Positions 17,203-21,141 of a DNA stretch of 21,141 nucleotides are shown piece after piece. How positions within the stretch are numbered: position 1 is the stretch's first letter; every line of letters begins with the position of its first letter. The notes below the pieces were generated by a model, which made no database searches, had not been told where the DNA came from, and saw only the letters and a list, made by a program, of their open reading frames with translations. The translations under genes and the position numbers were made by a program. Source of the stretch: an uncultured Janthinobacterium sp. (GTDB lineage Bacteria; Vulcanimicrobiota; Vulcanimicrobiia; Vulcanimicrobiales; Vulcanimicrobiaceae); NCBI GenBank assembly GCA_964658025.1, contig CAZZXB010000044.1, positions 1-21,141 on the forward strand, written 5' to 3'.

Positions 17203-17445
17203 GTGAATCCCACCGACATTCAAAAGCACATCGAGGAACTCGTCGCCGAAGAGCACCGACTGCTCGATCGCGGCGGCGCCGATCCGCTCGGACCGGACGA
17301 ACGCGCGCGACTCGCCGACGTGAACGTGCAACTCGATCGCTACTACGATCTGCTCCGCCAGCGTCGGGCGCGCGACGAATTCGCGCAAGATCCCGAGAGC
17401 GCGCATCTGCGCTCGGGCGAGACCGTCGAGCGATACCTCCAATAA
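17203..17445 (+). CDS. DUF2630 family protein
   Basis: 80 aa. IEELVAEEHRL...ERARL..V.VQLDRYYDLLRQRRAR.EF.QDP..A..R....VERYLQ matches the DUF2630 pattern as I recall it. GAGGA SD precedes the GTG. Confidence 0.88.
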   Translation: MNPTDIQKHIEELVAEEHRLLDRGGADPLGPDERARLADVNVQLDRYYDLLRQRRARDEFAQDPESAHLRSGETVERYLQ

Positions 17446-17493
17446 CGCGCGAGCGGCAGTAGGACCATCCGAGCTTCGCGAAAGCCCGCGGCA

Positions 17494-17994
17494 ATGAGGT
17501 TGCTGCGGGCTTTCGCCGTCGTAGCGCTGCTTTTGGTCGCCGCGTTCGTCGGATATCGGCTCTTCTCGCATCGCTCGGTCGCACCGTCGGGTTCGATCGC
17601 GGTCTACTACGTGAAGACCGACGCTCGTTCGCTCGCGCGCTGGAGCGTTTCGCTCGGTTCGGCGCGCGATCTCGCGAGCGTCGCGCTCTACGCGGCCGTG
17701 CAAGCGGTTGCGGGGCCGGCGCCCGGCGTCGATGCGATCCGTTTTCCGGCGGGAACGATCGTCCGTTCCGTCCGCGTTGCGAAGTCGACGGCGACGGTCG
17801 ATCTCGGCGGGAACGTCGCGAACGCCGGCGGCGGCAGCCTCACGGAAGACGGCGAATTCAAAGCCCTCGTATGGACGTTGACGGCGCTCCCCGGCATCAC
17901 GTCCGTGCAAGTTCTCGTCGATGGTCTACACGTACCGACGTTACCCGGAGGTCATTTTGAGCTCGACCAACCGCTCACGCGCCAAGACTGGTAG
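17494..17994 (+). CDS. GerMN domain-containing membrane-anchored protein
   Basis: 166 aa with an N-terminal TM/signal anchor. AGP...FPAGTIVRSVRV...ATVDL...GGGSLTE....ALVWTLTALPGITSVQVLVDG...TLPGGH.EL.QPL is the GerMN signature. Confidence 0.9.
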   Translation: MRLLRAFAVVALLLVAAFVGYRLFSHRSVAPSGSIAVYYVKTDARSLARWSVSLGSARDLASVALYAAVQAVAGPAPGVDAIRFPAGTIVRSVRVAKSTATVDLGGNVANAGGGSLTEDGEFKALVWTLTALPGITSVQVLVDGLHVPTLPGGHFELDQPLTRQDW

Positions 17995-20092
17995 CGCCTC
18001 GCTCCTCGCCGCGCTCGTCGTCCTCTCGAGTGCGGCGATGCTCCCGCGTGCGGCGCGCGCCGCATCCTCGGCCGATCTCTGGTTCGCGGGCACGGCGCTC
18101 TTGTTCGAAGACGCGCAAGATCGCGACGGCGATCTCGCGGTTCCGCTCGGCGATTCGGGGCTCGCACGCGTACTCGGTGCGACGGGCGCGACGATCGCGT
18201 ATCAGCCCGGCGCCCGCTACGTGATCGTCACCGCGGCCGATCGTCGCACGATCGCCTTCACGCTCGGCGACTCCCGATATACGGTCGGGGGCGTCGCGCA
18301 GGTCGCGCCGTTCGCGCCGTATCTCGCCGGATCGCACGTCTACGTTCCGTTTTTCGCACTCGCGAAAGCGCTCTACGTGAAGCCCGTGAGCGACGGCTCC
18401 GCGACCGTCCTCCAGCCGCAACTCGGCGCGCTCGACGTGCGCACGCAGGGCAAGATCACGACCGTCACGCTGCGCGGCGCGACGACGCTGCGCTTCAAGC
18501 GCACGACCGCGCCCGGCGACGGGCACGTGCAACTCGTCTTCGGCGGCGTGTCCACGAGCCTCGATCGCGCGCGCACGATTCCGTCCGACGCGCTCCGCGG
18601 CGTCTCGGTCGTCGCGTCGGGGACCGTCCGCAATCCGCAGACCACGGTCGATTTCGACGCCGCTCCGGAGACCGCGAGCGCGCTCGTTCCGAGCGAATCG
18701 CGCACGGCCGTGACGCTCGCCTTCGGACCCGCGGGCGTCGCGCTCGGCGGGACGCCGATCCCGGCGCAAGCGACGGCGGTCGCCTCGGCGGCGTACGGCG
18801 GGGATGCGGGTGCGACGTCCGTTTCGTCCGCGACGGTACCGTCCGCGGCATCGCCCGCGCCGGTATCGTCGTCCGCGAGCGATCCGAACGCGACCGACGC
18901 GCAAGGCGCGAACGCGCGCGCCGGTGATGCGACGGCTCCCGCGCCCGCGTCGCCCGTCGTGCCGCAGGCGAACGCGACGCCGTTCGTTCCGGCGTCGGTC
19001 ACGGGACCGCCCGCTTCGATCACCGGATTCAAAACGGACGTCGGCGACGCGGGGCTCGCGCTCGACGTCGCGGTCGACGGCGACGTGACGTACGAATGGC
19101 ATCGGCTCGGCGACAATCGCTGGTACGTCGATCTCAAACCGGCCGCGCTCGCGATCCCGGCGCAAGACGTGCCGCTCCGCGACGACGACGTGCCGCAGGT
19201 GCGCTTCAAGGGATTCGTCGGACCGAAGGACGGCCTGCCGACGGTACGCGTCGCGTTCACGATGAACGCCCCGCGCGCCGTGACCGTCGCGAAGAGCGGC
19301 GACGGCTTCTCGTTCGCGGTCGCGACGACGGACGAAGATCCGTCGGCGGCGCGCTCGGGCTACGGGCGCGTCGTCGCGGGCAATCTCACGAACTCGCCCG
19401 CGCCGCCCGTCCTCGCCTACGGCGGTCCGGGACCGAGCGGTTCGGGGAGCATCCCGCCCGTGGGACCCGCCTGGAAATTTCAACCGCCGCCGTCGTACAA
19501 CGGCCGACTCATCGTGATCGATCCCGGTCACGGCGGGAGCGACTCGGGTTCGGCGCACAACGGTCTGCTCGAAAAAGACGTCACGCTCGACATCTCGCGG
19601 CGTCTGCGGACGTTACTCGTCTCGCGCGGCTGGGTCGTGAAGATGACGCGCGATACGGACGTCGACGTCTACCAACCGAACGACTCCGCGCGCGACGAAC
19701 TGCAGGCGCGCGACGACGTCGCCAACGCCGCGGGTGCGCGCCTGTTCATCAGCGTCCACATCAACGCGTTCACGTCGAGCGCGCTCAACGGCACGACGAC
19801 GTATTACTTCAAGCCCGACTCCGTCGACCTCGCGCGCGCCGTACACGCGAAGCTCGCGTCCCTGCCGACGCACGACGACGGGATCGAGAAGGCGAACTTC
19901 TACGTGATCCGCCACGCGAAGATGCCCGCAATCCTCGTCGAGACGGCGTTCCTCTCCAATCCCGGCGACGCCGCGTATCTCAAGCAGCCGTCGTTCTTGC
20001 AAGACGTCGCGCTCGACATCGCGGACGGCGTGGGCACCTACGGTTCGTCGCAATCGCTCGCACCGAAGGCGTCGAGCGACGACGGGACGTAG
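17957..20092 (+). CDS. N-acetylmuramoyl-L-alanine amidase (Amidase_3) with N-terminal copper-amine-oxidase-N-like and AMIN-like domains (about 711 aa)
   Basis: C-terminal motifs IVIDPGHGGSDSG, EKDVTL, FISVHINA, NFYVIR and PAILVETAFLSN retain the Zn ligands and catalytic Glu. A low-complexity Ala/Pro/Ser linker lies centrally. The start was placed at TTG 17957 after GGAGG (17947-17951), giving a signal peptide ending ARA-A. The start is uncertain. Confidence 0.9.
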   Translation: MSSTNRSRAKTGSASLLAALVVLSSAAMLPRAARAASSADLWFAGTALLFEDAQDRDGDLAVPLGDSGLARVLGATGATIAYQPGARYVIVTAADRRTIAFTLGDSRYTVGGVAQVAPFAPYLAGSHVYVPFFALAKALYVKPVSDGSATVLQPQLGALDVRTQGKITTVTLRGATTLRFKRTTAPGDGHVQLVFGGVSTSLDRARTIPSDALRGVSVVASGTVRNPQTTVDFDAAPETASALVPSESRTAVTLAFGPAGVALGGTPIPAQATAVASAAYGGDAGATSVSSATVPSAASPAPVSSSASDPNATDAQGANARAGDATAPAPASPVVPQANATPFVPASVTGPPASITGFKTDVGDAGLALDVAVDGDVTYEWHRLGDNRWYVDLKPAALAIPAQDVPLRDDDVPQVRFKGFVGPKDGLPTVRVAFTMNAPRAVTVAKSGDGFSFAVATTDEDPSAARSGYGRVVAGNLTNSPAPPVLAYGGPGPSGSGSIPPVGPAWKFQPPPSYNGRLIVIDPGHGGSDSGSAHNGLLEKDVTLDISRRLRTLLVSRGWVVKMTRDTDVDVYQPNDSARDELQARDDVANAAGARLFISVHINAFTSSALNGTTTYYFKPDSVDLARAVHAKLASLPTHDDGIEKANFYVIRHAKMPAILVETAFLSNPGDAAYLKQPSFLQDVALDIADGVGTYGSSQSLAPKASSDDGT

Positions 20093-20101
20093 CGCGCGAG
20101 C

Positions 20102-20893
20102 GTGCTCGGCATCTTCGACTCCGGCCTCGGCGGCCTGACGGTATTGCATCAGGTGCGCGCGGCGCTCCCCGACGAGGATCTCGTCTATCTCGCCGATCAG
20201 GCGCACGTGCCGTACGGCGATCGCACGACGGACGATCTGGAGTCGCTCCTCGCGCGCAACGTCGCCTATCTCGACGGCATGGGCGTCGACGCGATCGTGA
20301 TGGGGTGCAACACGTCGTGTGCCGTCGCGGCGCAACGCGGTTGGCCGATCGCGCGCGTTCCGATCCTCGATCTCATCGCCGCCGCGGCCGATGCCGTCGT
20401 CGCGAGCGGCGCGCGCGACGTCGGCGTCCTCGCGACGAACGCGACCGCGCGCTCCGGCGCCTACGCCGCCGCGATCGGCGGCCGCGATCCGGCGATCCGC
20501 GTCCGCGAACTCGGCGCGCCGGCACTGGTCCCGCTCGTCGAAGCGGGGATCGTCGCGGGTCCGGTCGCGCGCGATGCCGTGGCGGCCGCGGTCGCGGGCT
20601 TCACGGATCCGCTCGACGCGCTCGTGCTCGCCTGCACGCATTTTCCCTTACTCGATACCGTGTTCGCCGAGATCCTCGGCCCGCGCGCGATCCGCATCGA
20701 TCCCTCCGTCGCGCAAGCCGAACGCGCCGTTGCCTTCGCCCGCGCGCGCGGCGGCCGCGGCGGCTCCGGCCGCACGCTCTATCGTACGACGGGGGATCGC
20801 CACCGCTTCGCGCGCGGGTACGCATCCGTCGCGGGGGCCCTGCCGCACGACGCCGACCTGGCGCACGCGGAACTCTCCGCCGTTCGAATATAG
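20102..20893 (+). CDS. murI: Glutamate racemase
   Basis: 263 aa. Motifs GIFDSGLGGLTV, ADQAHVPYG, VMGCNTS and LVLACTHFP retain both catalytic Cys. Confidence 0.97.
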   Translation: MLGIFDSGLGGLTVLHQVRAALPDEDLVYLADQAHVPYGDRTTDDLESLLARNVAYLDGMGVDAIVMGCNTSCAVAAQRGWPIARVPILDLIAAAADAVVASGARDVGVLATNATARSGAYAAAIGGRDPAIRVRELGAPALVPLVEAGIVAGPVARDAVAAAVAGFTDPLDALVLACTHFPLLDTVFAEILGPRAIRIDPSVAQAERAVAFARARGGRGGSGRTLYRTTGDRHRFARGYASVAGALPHDADLAHAELSAVRI

Positions 20894-21082
20894 AGCGACG
20901 CCGAGAGAACGCGCGCGCCCGCGCGCCGCTCGTCCGAGCGATACGCGCACCGTCGCGGGGCTCTAGCAATCGCAACCATTCGTATCCGAATAATGCGAAA
21001 AGGGCTCTCGCGAGTGGCTCGTCGTGTCGATGACGGCGTCCGACGCGTCGGCGATCCGAGAACGCGAGCGAGCGAGCGCGGC

Positions 21083-21141
21083 TCAGACCAAATGATAGAT
21101 CCGCAAGAACACGAGTACCGATGCCGCGCCGAGCGCCGTTC
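21083..21141 (-). CDS. 3' end of a convergent membrane-protein gene (truncated by the window edge)
   Basis: The minus strand reads ...TALGAASVLVFLRIYHLV-TGA (stop at 21085-21083), a hydrophobic C-terminal helix. It is too short to assign a family. Confidence 0.5.
   Translation of the reverse strand, partial: TALGAASVLVFLRIYHLV

Noticed and set aside
20975..21002. Minus-strand TTTTCGCATTA resembling a XerC arm of a dif site
   Set aside because: No XerD arm (TTATGTTAAAT-like) follows the 6-bp spacer.
183..21033. Many long alternative-frame and antisense ORFs (e.g. 1654-3330, 3656-5428, 6286-7797, 8377-9876, 15382-16980, 17975-19558, 19096-21033)
   Set aside because: They are Arg/Ala-rich shadow ORFs expected from stop-codon scarcity in high-GC DNA. 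Each overlaps a well-supported gene and has no recognisable motif.
1..21141. CRISPR arrays, tRNA/rRNA genes, transposases or prophage genes
   Set aside because: No regularly spaced repeats, cloverleaf or rRNA signatures, or mobile-element protein motifs were seen by eye.

Overview
High-GC bacterial chromosomal window with a strong CpG/CGATCG bias. The organism is probably a diderm with Terrabacteria-type genes, since a TonB-dependent receptor occurs alongside GerMN and DUF2630. Eremiobacterota/Vulcanimicrobiota is only a guess. Contents from left to right: (1) the end of a metal-homeostasis operon, with a FeoA/DtxR-like C-terminus, an NRAMP-related transporter and an unannotated 44-aa membrane peptide; (2) a complete GlgE alpha-glucan pathway operon on the minus strand, made of a double-GH13 glgE fusion, a treS-maltokinase fusion and glgB; (3) a divergent formate/nitrite-transporter gene; (4) a module of an OmpR-type direct repeat, a polytopic membrane protein ending in a RAPP motif, a switchable SD-sequestering RNA structure and a TonB-dependent receptor; (5) a secreted Vgb-like seven-bladed beta-propeller behind an AT-rich, palindrome-dense leader, with a clear terminator; (6) a small acidic ORF and DUF2630; (7) a GerMN-amidase-murI cell-wall operon; (8) the end of a convergent membrane-protein gene. 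There are two best novelty candidates. One is a putative ribosome-arrest (RAPP) membrane leader controlling translation of the TonB-dependent receptor. The other is a GGGTAC-N9/10-ATG element shared by three SD-less stress-type transcription units. No tRNA, rRNA, CRISPR array or transposase was recognised.
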